This document shows positions 43,090 through 52,378 of a stretch of DNA of 64,000 bases, in pieces. Source of the stretch: an uncultured Acidobacteriota bacterium. Its GTDB lineage: Bacteria; Acidobacteriota; Thermoanaerobaculia; Gp7-AA8; CAVUJZ01. Position numbers and translations under genes: made by a program. Below the pieces are notes generated by a model that was given only the letters and a program-made list of their open reading frames with translations, ran no database searches and was not told the DNA's origin. Location: positions 20,151 to 84,150 of the forward strand of contig CAVUJZ010000006.1 in the NCBI GenBank assembly GCA_963741905.1, written 5' to 3'. How positions within the stretch are numbered: position 1 is the first letter of the stretch; each line of letters opens with the position of its first letter.

Positions 43090-44960
43090 GATTTTCGCGA
43101 GCTTCGATCGGCGGTGCTTCGTGGGCACCCGCCCTCGGCGGCCGGAGGCACGCCGGGGATCGGACCGGAGGTCCAACCCCCGCTCGTCACCGCGCGCCGC
43201 GGCGGCGGGTGATCTCACCCACCCGAACCCAGGCGGCGGCGGAGTCGGCCGTCCCGCAGCCGGTCGTCGCACGTGCCCAGTAGCGTTGGTCGCTGAACAG
43301 CGGCCCGGTGACCAGGGTCGCGGCGTGCGAGCTTCGATCGGCGGTGCTTCGTGGGCACCCGCCCTCGGCGGCCGGAGGCACGCCGGGGATCGGACCGGAG
43401 GTCCAACCCCCGCTCGTCACCGCGCGCCATGCCGGCGGGTGATCTCGCCCACCCGAACCCAGGCGGCGGCGGAATCGGCCGTGCCGCAGCCGGTCGTCGC
43501 ACGTGCCCAGTAGCGTTGATCGCTGAACAGCGGCCCGGTGACCAGGGTCGCGGCGTGCGAGCTTCGATCGGCGGTGCTTCGTGGGCACCCGCCCTCGGCG
43601 GCCGGAGGCACGCCGGGGATCGGACCGGAGGTCCAACGCCCCGCTCGTCACCGCGCGCCGCGACGGCGGGCGATCTCGCCCACCCGAACCCAGGCGGCGG
43701 CGGAGTCGGCCGTGCCGCAGCCGGTCGTCGCGCGTGCCCAGTAGCGTTGGTCGCTGAACAGCGGCCCGGTGACCAGGGTCGCGGCGTGCGAGCTTCGATC
43801 GGCGGTGCTTCGTGGGCACCCGCCCTCGGCGGCCGGAGGCACGCCGGGGATCGGACCGGAGGTCCAACCCCCGCTCGTCACCGCGCGCCGCGACGGCGGG
43901 CGATCTCGCCCACCCGAACCCAGGCGGCGGCGGAGTCGGCGTCGCCGCAGCCGGTCGTCGCGCGTGCCCGTAGCGTTGAGTCGCTGAACAGCGGCCCGGT
44001 GACCAGGGTCGCGGCGTGCGAGCATTCGAGCGGCGGTGTTCGTGGGCACCCGCACCTCGCGCGCGCTCCGGAACGCCGGGGATCGGACCGGAGGTCCAAC
44101 CGTCGTCCCGCTCGATGCACCGCGCCGGCCGAGATCCGGTTCGCTATGGCGGTGGGTGATCTCCAGCCCACCCGAACCCAGGCGGCGGCGGAATCCGCCG
44201 TCCGCAGCCGGTCGTCGCACGTGCCCAGTAGCGTTGAGTCGCTGAACAGCGGCCCGGTGACCAGGGTCGCGACGCGAGCTTCGATCGGCGGTGCTTCGTG
44301 GGCACCCGCCCTCGGCGGCCGGAGGCACGCCGGGGATCGGACCGGAGGTCCAACCCCCGCTCGTCACCGCGCGCCATGACCGGCGGGCGATCTCACCCAC
44401 CCGAACCCAGGCGGCGGCGGAATCCGGCCGTTCCGCAGCCGGTCGTCGCACGTGCCCAGTAGCGTTGATCGCTGAACAGCGGCCCGGTGACCAGGGTCGC
44501 GGCGTGCGAGCTTCGATCGGCGGTGCTTCGTGGGCACCCGCCCTCGGCGGCCGGAGGCACGCCGGGGATCGGACCGGAGGTCCAACCCCCGCTCGTCACC
44601 GCGCGCCGCGACGGCGGGCGATCTCGCCCACCCGAACCCAGGCGGCGGCGGAGTCGGCCGTGCCGCAGCCGGTCGTCGCGCGTGCCCAGTAGCGTTGGTC
44701 GCTGAACAGCGGCCCGGTGACCAGGGTCGCGGCGTGCGAGCTTCGATCGGCGGTGCTTCGTGGGCACCCGCCCTCGGCGGCCGGAGGCACGCCGGGGATC
44801 GGACCGGAGGTCCAACCCCCGCTCGTCAGCGTGCGCCGTGGCGGCGGCGAAGCTCGCCGACCCGAACCCAGGCGGCGGCGGAATCCGCCGTTCCGCAGCC
44901 GGTCGTCGCACGTGCCCAGTAGCGTTGATCCTGGAAGAGCGGTCCGATCCGAAGTTGTGA
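43090..44960. repeat. Tandem array, 230-232-bp unit x ~8 (one unit 256 bp). Each unit contains the REP palindrome plus a copy of the last ~150 bp of protease B coding sequence.
   Basis: Unit ...gcgagcttcgatcggcggtgcttcgtgggcacccgccctcggcggccggaggcacgccggggatcggaccggaggtccaacccccgctcgtcaccgcgcgcc...cccgaacccaggcggcggcggagtcggccgt.ccgcagccggtcgtcgcacgtgcccagtagcgttggtcgctgaacagcggcccggtgaccagggtcgcggcgt... In reverse-complement translation it reads LVTGPLFSDQRYWARATTGCGTADSAAAWVRVGEI..., which is the protease B C-terminus. Confidence 0.9.
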
Positions 44961-46487
44961 GCTGTTCGCTCCGGCAATCGGGCTGGAGGTGTTCCCGCGC
45001 TCTCCCCGGTACCACTGCCAGGTCACCGTCGAGTTTGCGCTGGCGGAGACGTCGAGGGTGGCACTTCCCCCGACCGGAATGAGCATCGAATTCGGTTGGT
45101 CGCCGATTCCGATGCAGAAGGGCTCACTGACCACGCCGTTCCCGTAGAGCGCGGCGACGGCACGCCGATCCCAGGGCTGGAGCGTGGTGCCGAACACGAC
45201 ATCCAGCGTCGCCACCATCACCGCATTCTCGGTGCAGTCGAAGGTTTCCGGGCATTGCTCGGTGGAAAGCTGTCCCTGGTCGGAATGACGAAACCCGAGG
45301 GTGTGGCCGAGCTCGTGAGTGATGAGCTGGTTCATCCGGGAGTCGTGGATCCCCGCCCAGGTCGACAGGCCGTTCTGCAGAACGATGTCCGCATTGAAGG
45401 TCGTGGCGAAGGTGTCTCCGGCCCACTGGTGGGTCTGCTGCGTGGAGAACCAGGGGCCGCCGACAGCGAGCGTGCCGTATCCGATCCAGCTTCCGGAGAT
45501 CTCGCTGTTCGGGTCTTCGAACAGCACGGAGTTGATCTCGTCGTAGGTCTTCAAGCCCTTCCTGCTGGTGGTCGTGCCGCCGTAGCCGTAGTCGACATTC
45601 GAATCGGGATCATTGGTCCAGGCGGCCGTGCCTGCCTTGATCGCGTCGACGCCGCCGTTCGGGGCGCCGGCGAGCGTGCCGCTGTTCTCGAAGAGAACGG
45701 TCGACGGAAAGCCGTTCCACCGGGCCTCGCCTCCGGTATGAGGAGCCCGGCTGGCGCTGCGCATGTCGTACGTCCAGGCGGGATAGGCCCCACCGACGGC
45801 GACGACCGGACGGACGCGTCGCCGGGCGGAAGCCTGGAGTTTCACCGTCACCGGAGCGAAGTAATCCGCCGACGGCGACTCCCCCGCGGCAACCTCCCGG
45901 ACGAAGCGGAGAAACTTCGCCCCGTCCCGCGCATGTTCGGTCCAGCGCTGCCCCTGGAGATCCCATCCGAAGATCGAGTCGCCCTCACCGCGCCGGATCA
46001 GCGGTGTCCCGCGGTCGTCGGTGAAGAAATCGAACTTGCCGAGAATCATGTCGAGGGTCTGCCAGCGTCCATCGGCACGCGGGTCGACGAGAGCCAGCAC
46101 CTTCTGTCCCGGACGGTAGTCGGCCCCTCCGCAGATCGCCAGGCCCATTCCCCCTGCCTCGCCACCGAGCTCCACGATCCGGAGCGGCTGCCGCCGGTCG
46201 ACCTGCCCCTTGATCACCTCGTCGACGGAGAGCTCGCTCACCGTCTCGATGCCGCCGGCATCGCTCCACCGGCCGTACGAGCTCAGCACCGTTCCGACGA
46301 CGATCGTGTTCGCTTCGCGAATCAGCACCTGGTCCGGTGGAACCACGAAGCTCGCGGAACGGCCGACGGGGATCAACAGCGATGCCGCCACACAGCCCAC
46401 CAGGAGCCGAACGACATTCGTTGCAGTAAACCAGGAGTGGAGAGACTCAGGATTCACGGGTTGCCTCACTTTCATTCGGCTTCGCAC
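44826..46487 (-). CDS. Secreted matrixin-like zinc metalloprotease with one C-terminal Ig-like domain (paralog B, apparently intact, 553 aa). Start likely at an internal ATG near 46475.
   Basis: Signal peptide ...LLVGCVAASLLIPVGRSASF. LITHELGHTLGFRHSDQ. C-terminal VTWQWYRGERGNTSSPIAG...YWARATTGCGTADSAAAWVRV module. Confidence 0.8.
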   Translation of the reverse strand: MRSRMKVRQPVNPESLHSWFTATNVVRLLVGCVAASLLIPVGRSASFVVPPDQVLIREANTIVVGTVLSSYGRWSDAGGIETVSELSVDEVIKGQVDRRQPLRIVELGGEAGGMGLAICGGADYRPGQKVLALVDPRADGRWQTLDMILGKFDFFTDDRGTPLIRRGEGDSIFGWDLQGQRWTEHARDGAKFLRFVREVAAGESPSADYFAPVTVKLQASARRRVRPVVAVGGAYPAWTYDMRSASRAPHTGGEARWNGFPSTVLFENSGTLAGAPNGGVDAIKAGTAAWTNDPDSNVDYGYGGTTTSRKGLKTYDEINSVLFEDPNSEISGSWIGYGTLAVGGPWFSTQQTHQWAGDTFATTFNADIVLQNGLSTWAGIHDSRMNQLITHELGHTLGFRHSDQGQLSTEQCPETFDCTENAVMVATLDVVFGTTLQPWDRRAVAALYGNGVVSEPFCIGIGDQPNSMLIPVGGSATLDVSASANSTVTWQWYRGERGNTSSPIAGANSSQLRIGPLFQDQRYWARATTGCGTADSAAAWVRVGELRRRHGAR

Positions 46488-46812
46488 CGTCGCTCCGTGG
46501 CTTCAGTCCGAGGGTGGGGAGCGGCTCGTCGTCGGGAGTGCGTCGGTTCCGGGCCTTGCGGAGGAAGTAGACGATCCCTCCGAGGGCGATGACGACCGCG
46601 AGTCCGACAAGGATCCGCAGAGCGGTGTTGAAGTTGGTGGGATAGCTGATGGTGTTGAAGATGAGCACGCCCGCGAGGACGCCGAACAGCACGGCCCGCA
46701 GGACGTAGACCATCGGGTGGGATCGCCGGGAGCGGCGGACCGAGTCGCTCCAGAGGAGAAACAGCATCACGGTGATCGCCGCGAGGGGAAAGGTGAATGC
46801 GATCGGGTTCAT
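46447..46812 (-). CDS. Small integral membrane protein (121 aa, three TM). Hypothetical.
   Basis: Hydrophobic segments IAFTFPLAAITVMLFLLW, VLFGVLAGVLIF and LVGLAVVIALGGIVYFL. No family recognised. Confidence 0.5.
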   Translation of the reverse strand: MNPIAFTFPLAAITVMLFLLWSDSVRRSRRSHPMVYVLRAVLFGVLAGVLIFNTISYPTNFNTALRILVGLAVVIALGGIVYFLRKARNRRTPDDEPLPTLGLKPRSDGAKPNESEATRES

Positions 46813-46866
46813 GATGAAGACTGGCCCGCGGGGATCAGGCCTCCGACATTCTACAATCCCGACCGG

Positions 46867-47142
46867 TCAGCCCTGATTCCACCAGGCATCTTCTTCGCCC
46901 GGGGCGACCGGGATTTCCGCCGATTCGGACTGCCCCCACCGCTCTTCGATCATCTCCTGAACCCGAGGCGTGCAGGTGCCGCCGCACTGTCCGGTGGTGG
47001 CGGTGGTCAGCCGCGCGACCTCGGCGATGGTGCGGGCACCGGCGTCGATGACTTTCGCGATGGTGCCGTGCTTGATGTTGTTGCAGCGGCAGACGGTCCG
47101 GAGCCGGAGAATGGCTGGATGAACGGATTCACTCACTCGGCG
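46867..47142 (-). CDS. BFD-like [2Fe-2S]-binding domain protein (bacterioferritin-associated ferredoxin-like), ~91 aa.
   Basis: CRCNNIKHGTIAKVIDAGARTIAEVARLTTATTGQCGGTCTP matches the BFD-like CxC...C..C pattern. The ORF-track extension upstream runs through the satellite and hairpin repeat and is discounted. Confidence 0.6.
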   Translation of the reverse strand, partial: RRVSESVHPAILRLRTVCRCNNIKHGTIAKVIDAGARTIAEVARLTTATTGQCGGTCTPRVQEMIEERWGQSESAEIPVAPGEEDAWWNQG

Positions 47143-47184
47143 CCGGTAACAGGCGGAAAGGGGAAAGAATTCGCGTTGCGGGAG

Positions 47185-47288
47185 GGAGTTCCGGAGTTCT
47201 GGAGTTCTGGAGTTCTGGAGTTCTGGAGTTCTGGAGTTCTGGAGTTCTGAAGTTCTGGAGTTCTGGAGTTCTGGAGTTCTGGAGTTGT
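47185..47288. repeat. Octanucleotide microsatellite (GGAGTTCT)n, ~13 copies.
   Basis: ggagttccggagttctggagttctgg... Confidence 0.9.
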
Positions 47289-47316
47289 ACGGTGAGCCCT
47301 CGCGCGTAGGTGGTGA

Positions 47317-47478
47317 TTGTCGTCCCGAGCGGGCGGGTGGCTGGGCAGGCGAGGGACCTCCCCCGATGCGATCACGACCGTTTTGCTGGACACCCGCCCC
47401 ACACGCTCGCTTCTCCGCCTGGAGGTTCCTTATTGCATCGGCGGAGATGTCTCGCATGCCCGGCCTCGACATGACAAT
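47317..47478. repeat. Single copy of the REPIN-like hairpin element, with the right arm truncated.
   Basis: ttgtcgtcccgagcgggcgggtggctgggcaggcgagggacctcccccgatgcga...gcatcggcggagatgtctcgcatgcccggcctcgacatgaca. Confidence 0.8.
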
Positions 47479-47568
47479 GACCATCAGTCCGTCGAGAAGG
47501 ATAGGCTGGATCGAGGCGGACGTGCCGGACGGGTGGAATGGGACGATCCATTCCACCCGCCTCGGGGA

Positions 47569-49392
47569 TCACTTCTGCTCGTTGATCACCAGTTCCACGC
47601 GGCGGTTCTGCTGGCGGCCGGCGGCGGTGTCATTCGACGCAACCGGCTGCGATTCACCGTAGCCGGCGGTGGTGATTCGATCCTTCGGGACGCCCTGCGC
47701 GATGAGGTAGTCCGCCACCGCTTTGGCGCGCGCCTCGGAGAGCGCCTGGTTGCTCTCGGTGCTCCCGATCGAATCGGTGTGGCCTTCCACCACGATGCTC
47801 AGATTTTCATTGCCTGCGAGCAGGCCGGCGATCCGCGAGAGGTTGTTCTTCGTTCCCGCCTTGAGGCTGGACTTGCCGGTATCGAAGTAGAGCCCGGGCA
47901 GGGTGACGATGAATCCTCGTGATTCAGTACGGGTCTCGGCCAGTTTGGAGAGCGCGTCCTTCATCTGCGCGGTGCGCTCCTCCTCGGCCACCTTCATCGC
48001 CTCCATCTGCTCGTGGGCCTTCTGAAGCTCGGCCTCGGCCTGTGCCGCCCGCTGGCGCTCGGCATCGATCTGCTGCTGGAGCTGGGCGGAGTGTTCCTGC
48101 ACCTCGCGCATCCGCTGCTCGATGGCGGCAACCCGCTGACGGTAGGCCATCTCCCCCTGCGCCCGGTTCTGCTCCGCCTGCATTCTCTGCTGGCGCATCT
48201 GATCGAGCTGGAATCCCTGGCGGAGAAGCTCATCGCTCATCGCCTTGAGCTGGTCCGGGGTCAACCGGCCCATGCTTCGCTCCCGATCGAGCTCATTCTT
48301 CTGGGCCTCGAGCTCGCGGGCGAGGGCATCCTCGCTGGCCTTCTCCTTCTGCTGGAGGTTCTGAACCTGCAGGCGCTGATCCTCCACCTGCTGCCGGAGG
48401 TTCTCGACCTCGGCCGGGTTCTTCGCGTTCGCCAGTTGTGATTCGTATCGTGCCTGAAGCAGATCGAGCTGCTGTTCGCCGGCGACCCGCGCGTTGCGGT
48501 CCGCCTGAAGCTGACTGGCGAGCTGCTCCCGATGCTGTCGCACCTGGTCGCGCAGGCGCTGCACCTCCGCCTGCTGAGCGGCGCGCTGGCTCTGTTCATC
48601 CTGAAGCCTCGCCCGCAGTTCAGCCGCCTGGCGCTCGCTTTCCTCACGCATCCGCCGATCCTCGGCGGCCTTTCGTTCAATCTCCGCCTGCGCCAGCTTC
48701 GTCCGCTCCAGGCGGAGGTCCGGCACCATCCTCGACACATTCTCGAGCTCGGTCAGATACTGCGCACGCCGTGCGAGCATTTCCGCCACGTAGGAGAGAT
48801 GGTCGGCGGAGTCACTCTCCTTCCTCGCACTGGCAATCTTCTTCGCCGTTCCGATCTGCTGCTGGGCTTTGGCCAGATCCTCGGGAGCGATCTTCTCCGC
48901 CCCCATCTGTTTCGCACGAACCACCGCATCCTCGGCCACCGCGACGCGGCTCTTCGAGGTTTCGCCACGATCGATCTTCAGAGCCGGCTCCGTCGGCAGC
49001 GGGGTCTCCTGGACCGTGCCACCCAGACGCTGGATGTCGGTGCGCAGGGACTTGATCTCTTCCACCGTCGAGAGCCACTTCGCCTTCGCTTCGGCCGCGG
49101 CTGCCGCGTCCTCGGCCTGAATCGCACGGAGCATCGCGTCAGTCTTGGTCGACTGGCTCTCCCGCGGGAGGTGCTCCTTGGCGTAATTCAGCCGCCAGAC
49201 GGCTTCGTCGTACAGCTCCGGCGCGTAGGTGCGCGCGCCGCTCGCCTCCGCCGCCGCCAGACGGGCCGTCGCGTTGGCAACCGCCTGCTCGGCATTCTGC
49301 TGAACCTTCTCGGCGGAACTCTGCGCGATCAACAGCCCCACACTCGCAATCAGAGTCACCAGAATCACCAGGAAATTTCGAACCTGTTTCAT
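47569..49392 (-). CDS. OmpA-family protein with a long Q/E/R-rich coiled-coil and a C-terminal OmpA/MotB peptidoglycan-binding domain. Likely start ATG 49392.
   Basis: Signal peptide MKQVRNFLVILVTLIASVGLLIAQSSA. ~400 aa of heptad-like AEQ/RLQ repeats. C-terminal VEGHTDSIGSTESNQALSEARAKAV...NRRVELVI. Confidence 0.8.
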   Translation of the reverse strand: MKQVRNFLVILVTLIASVGLLIAQSSAEKVQQNAEQAVANATARLAAAEASGARTYAPELYDEAVWRLNYAKEHLPRESQSTKTDAMLRAIQAEDAAAAAEAKAKWLSTVEEIKSLRTDIQRLGGTVQETPLPTEPALKIDRGETSKSRVAVAEDAVVRAKQMGAEKIAPEDLAKAQQQIGTAKKIASARKESDSADHLSYVAEMLARRAQYLTELENVSRMVPDLRLERTKLAQAEIERKAAEDRRMREESERQAAELRARLQDEQSQRAAQQAEVQRLRDQVRQHREQLASQLQADRNARVAGEQQLDLLQARYESQLANAKNPAEVENLRQQVEDQRLQVQNLQQKEKASEDALARELEAQKNELDRERSMGRLTPDQLKAMSDELLRQGFQLDQMRQQRMQAEQNRAQGEMAYRQRVAAIEQRMREVQEHSAQLQQQIDAERQRAAQAEAELQKAHEQMEAMKVAEEERTAQMKDALSKLAETRTESRGFIVTLPGLYFDTGKSSLKAGTKNNLSRIAGLLAGNENLSIVVEGHTDSIGSTESNQALSEARAKAVADYLIAQGVPKDRITTAGYGESQPVASNDTAAGRQQNRRVELVINEQK

Positions 49393-49756
49393 CACTTCTT
49401 CCTCCATCACCAACCAGACACAACAGGACCGTACCATCCTAATGCAAAAAGCGGGCTGGCGCGTGTCGACTCGACGCGGGAGTTCCGTAGAGGTGCCGGA
49501 GGCGCGCCTCCGCAGCAGAGATGGTGTGAGAAATCCAGGCTAAAGCCAATAAGCCCGAACTTCAGGACCTGGTTCTCCTGTGCTTCGGAACGCCATCACC
49601 CTGACGGGCGGCCCGCCGGCGTCCCAGACCCCACTGGTCACATCGCCATGCACGCTCCGGGAAGCCGGCTGGAAGCCGGCGGCCCGGCCGCCTGGAAGGC
49701 GGCGTTCCGATTGCCCGCTTCGCGGGCGTCAGACCCTGAAGTTCGGGCCATTGAGG

Positions 49757-51226
49757 CTAGAGGGCGACCCAGACCGACTTGGTCTGGGTGTACTTTTCCA
49801 GCGCGTCGCGGCCCTGATCGCGACCGAATCCCGACTCCTTGAATCCGCCGAACGGAAGCGCCGGGTCGTAGAGGTTGTAGGTGTTGACCCAGACCGTCCC
49901 CGCCTTGATCTCGCGGGCGATCCGATGAGCCTTCGAAACGTCCCGGGTCCAGACCGCGGCGGCGAGCCCGTAGACCGTTTCGTTGGCCTTGACCACCGCA
50001 TCGCTTTCCCCGTCGAACCGGATGGTCGAGAGGACCGGTCCGAAGATCTCTTCCCGGGCAATGGTCATCTTCGGGTCGACGTCGTCGAAGATCGTCGGCT
50101 GAATGAAGTAGCCCTTTCCCGTGCCGATGTCGGTGCGCTCGCCGCCGGCGATCAGCTTCGCCCCTTCGTTCCTGCCGCTCTCGATGTAGCGCAGCACCGT
50201 CTCCATCTGGTCTTTCGAGACGATCGCTCCGAGACGGGTCTTCGGATGGAGCGGGTCACCGGCGACCATCTTCTTCGCGCGCTCACTGACCTTCTCCATC
50301 AGCTCGTCATGCACCGACTCCTCGACCAGCAGCCGCGATCCGGCCGCGCAGACCTCGCCTTTGCCGTAGAAGATGGCATTGAGCGCTCCCTTCGCCGCGG
50401 CATCGAGATCCGCATCGGCGAAGACCACATTGGGAGATTTTCCTCCCAGCTCCAGGGAAACCTTCTTCAGCGTATTCGACGCCCGGGCCATCAACTGTTT
50501 GCCCACCTCCGTGGAGCCGGTGAAGGCGATCGAATCGATCCCCGGATGATCGACCATGGCGTTCCCCACCACACTTCCCCGTCCAGGAACGACGTTGAAG
50601 ACGCCCGGAGGGAGACCGGCTTCCCGCGCCAGCTCGGCGAACTTCAGCAGCGAGAGCGAGGTATTCGACGCCGGCTTCGAGATCACCGCGTTTCCGCAGG
50701 CGAGGGCCGGGGCGATCTTCCAGACCGCCAGCATCAGAGGGAAGTTCCAGGGGGTGATCGAGCCCACCACGCCGATCGGCTCGCGAAGCGTGTAGGTGAA
50801 TGCGCGATGGGAGATCGGAAGGGTCTCACCGGTGACCTTTCCGCTCCATCCGGCGAAGTAGTAGAGGCACTCCGCGGCCGCGGGGATGTCCACGTACTGC
50901 GACTCGAAGATCGGTTTGCCGTTGTCGATCGTCTCGATGGTGCCGACCTCCGCGGCGCGCTCCATCAGCAGGTCGGCGATTTTCCAGAGGATCTTGCCCC
51001 GATCGCGGGGAGCCATCTTCTGCCAGTCCGATCCGGGCTGGAGCTGGGCGCGGGCCGCGGCAACCGCGGCGTCGATGTCTTCCTGTCCCGCCGAGGCCAC
51101 CTCGGCGATTCTCTCTTCGGTGGCGGGATTGAAGGTGTCGAAGGTCTCTCCGCTGCGGGCATCGACGAACTCTCCACCGATGAACAGGCGGGTCTGCAGT
51201 TCGGGGCTGGGGGTGTTCTCGGACAT
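49757..51226 (-). CDS. NAD(P)-dependent aldehyde dehydrogenase family.
   Basis: ELGGKSP, catalytic Cys in GEVCAAGSR, EEIFGPV. 489 aa. Confidence 0.9.
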   Translation of the reverse strand: MSENTPSPELQTRLFIGGEFVDARSGETFDTFNPATEERIAEVASAGQEDIDAAVAAARAQLQPGSDWQKMAPRDRGKILWKIADLLMERAAEVGTIETIDNGKPIFESQYVDIPAAAECLYYFAGWSGKVTGETLPISHRAFTYTLREPIGVVGSITPWNFPLMLAVWKIAPALACGNAVISKPASNTSLSLLKFAELAREAGLPPGVFNVVPGRGSVVGNAMVDHPGIDSIAFTGSTEVGKQLMARASNTLKKVSLELGGKSPNVVFADADLDAAAKGALNAIFYGKGEVCAAGSRLLVEESVHDELMEKVSERAKKMVAGDPLHPKTRLGAIVSKDQMETVLRYIESGRNEGAKLIAGGERTDIGTGKGYFIQPTIFDDVDPKMTIAREEIFGPVLSTIRFDGESDAVVKANETVYGLAAAVWTRDVSKAHRIAREIKAGTVWVNTYNLYDPALPFGGFKESGFGRDQGRDALEKYTQTKSVWVAL

Positions 51227-51355
51227 CGGATCCTCCGTGGAGTCAGGTGGTGGTCAGGGAATGCCGGGTGTCGAATCGCAGCGGCGCAGGCGCGCTCATT
51301 CGACACCCGGCATTCGATCACGGCTCCGGCGATGCGGAGCCGTGATCGACGGGGT

Positions 51356-52156
51356 TCAGCGACCGGAGAATTCCGGCTTCCGTTTCGAGGTGTAGGCGCC
51401 CAGGCCTTCCTTCGCATCTTCACTCTGGAAGAGCTGCTGCTGGAGCTCACGCTCCACCGCCAGGGCGGATTCCAGCGGAATCTCCCACCCGGTCTGGACG
51501 GAGCGTTTGATCCGACCGACCGCCCTGGAAGCACGGGCGGGCGGACAGAACCCGCGGGCGTACTCCATCACGCGATCCCACCACTTCTGACCATTCTCCT
51601 CATCGGGCCAGACGTGATTGATGATCCCGAGCTTCTCGGCATCCTCGAACTCCACCAGGCCGCCTTCGACCATGATCTCGATCGCCTTGGACTTACCGAC
51701 GAGACGGGCGAGCCGCTGGGTGCCGCCGGTTCCGGGCAGCACACCGAGGGAGACTTCGGGGAGGCCGATCTTGCCGGCGCCCTGCCGGGCGATGCGGATA
51801 TCGGCCGCCATGGCGATCTCCAGCCCTCCACCGACGGTGTGGCCGTTGAGCGCAGCGATGACCAGCTTGGGGGTGTGCTCGAGGCGGAGGAGCATCTCGT
51901 TGGCCTGGAGACAGAAGTAATACTTGAAGGTCGGGGTGACCTCCGTGAGCATCTTGATGTTCGCCCCGGCAGAGAAAAACTTTTCGCCTGCGCCACGGAA
52001 GACGATGACATGAACCTCGTCGTCCATCCGGGCATCGAGGATCGCGTTATCGAGCTCGCGATTCATCTCGTAGGTGTAGGTGTTCGCCGGGGGATCGTTC
52101 AGCTCGATGACCGCAACGCCCTTTTCCACACGGTAGTCAATCAGATTTCCACTCAT
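51356..52156 (-). CDS. Enoyl-CoA hydratase/isomerase (crotonase) family.
   Basis: [50 protein letters not shown]. Confidence 0.85.
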   Translation of the reverse strand: MSGNLIDYRVEKGVAVIELNDPPANTYTYEMNRELDNAILDARMDDEVHVIVFRGAGEKFFSAGANIKMLTEVTPTFKYYFCLQANEMLLRLEHTPKLVIAALNGHTVGGGLEIAMAADIRIARQGAGKIGLPEVSLGVLPGTGGTQRLARLVGKSKAIEIMVEGGLVEFEDAEKLGIINHVWPDEENGQKWWDRVMEYARGFCPPARASRAVGRIKRSVQTGWEIPLESALAVERELQQQLFQSEDAKEGLGAYTSKRKPEFSGR

Positions 52157-52378
52157 ACGAATCTCTCCTGATGAAATCGTTCTCTTCGAACCGCGTCGCC
52201 ACGGTTCGTCAGTTTCAGGTCTTCCTTTTGGATCCGGGGATGATCCCCTGACACACAGTCCAGCGGCAGGCCGTCAGCCACGACGGAGCCGTCAGGATAC
52301 CGCCTCGGAGCGCGGGTTTCAAATCAGCGGGAAGAGCGACGGAGAACCGGCGCCTTGCCCGACCGGAGGCCGGTTCCA

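Noticed and set aside
43187-44977. ORFs of 130-342 aa on both strands inside the 231-bp array, and ORFs of 60-215 aa inside the 53940-56440 array.
   Set aside because: They arise from stop-poor GC-rich repeats and show the same peptide reiterated in shifting frames. No start or RBS context.
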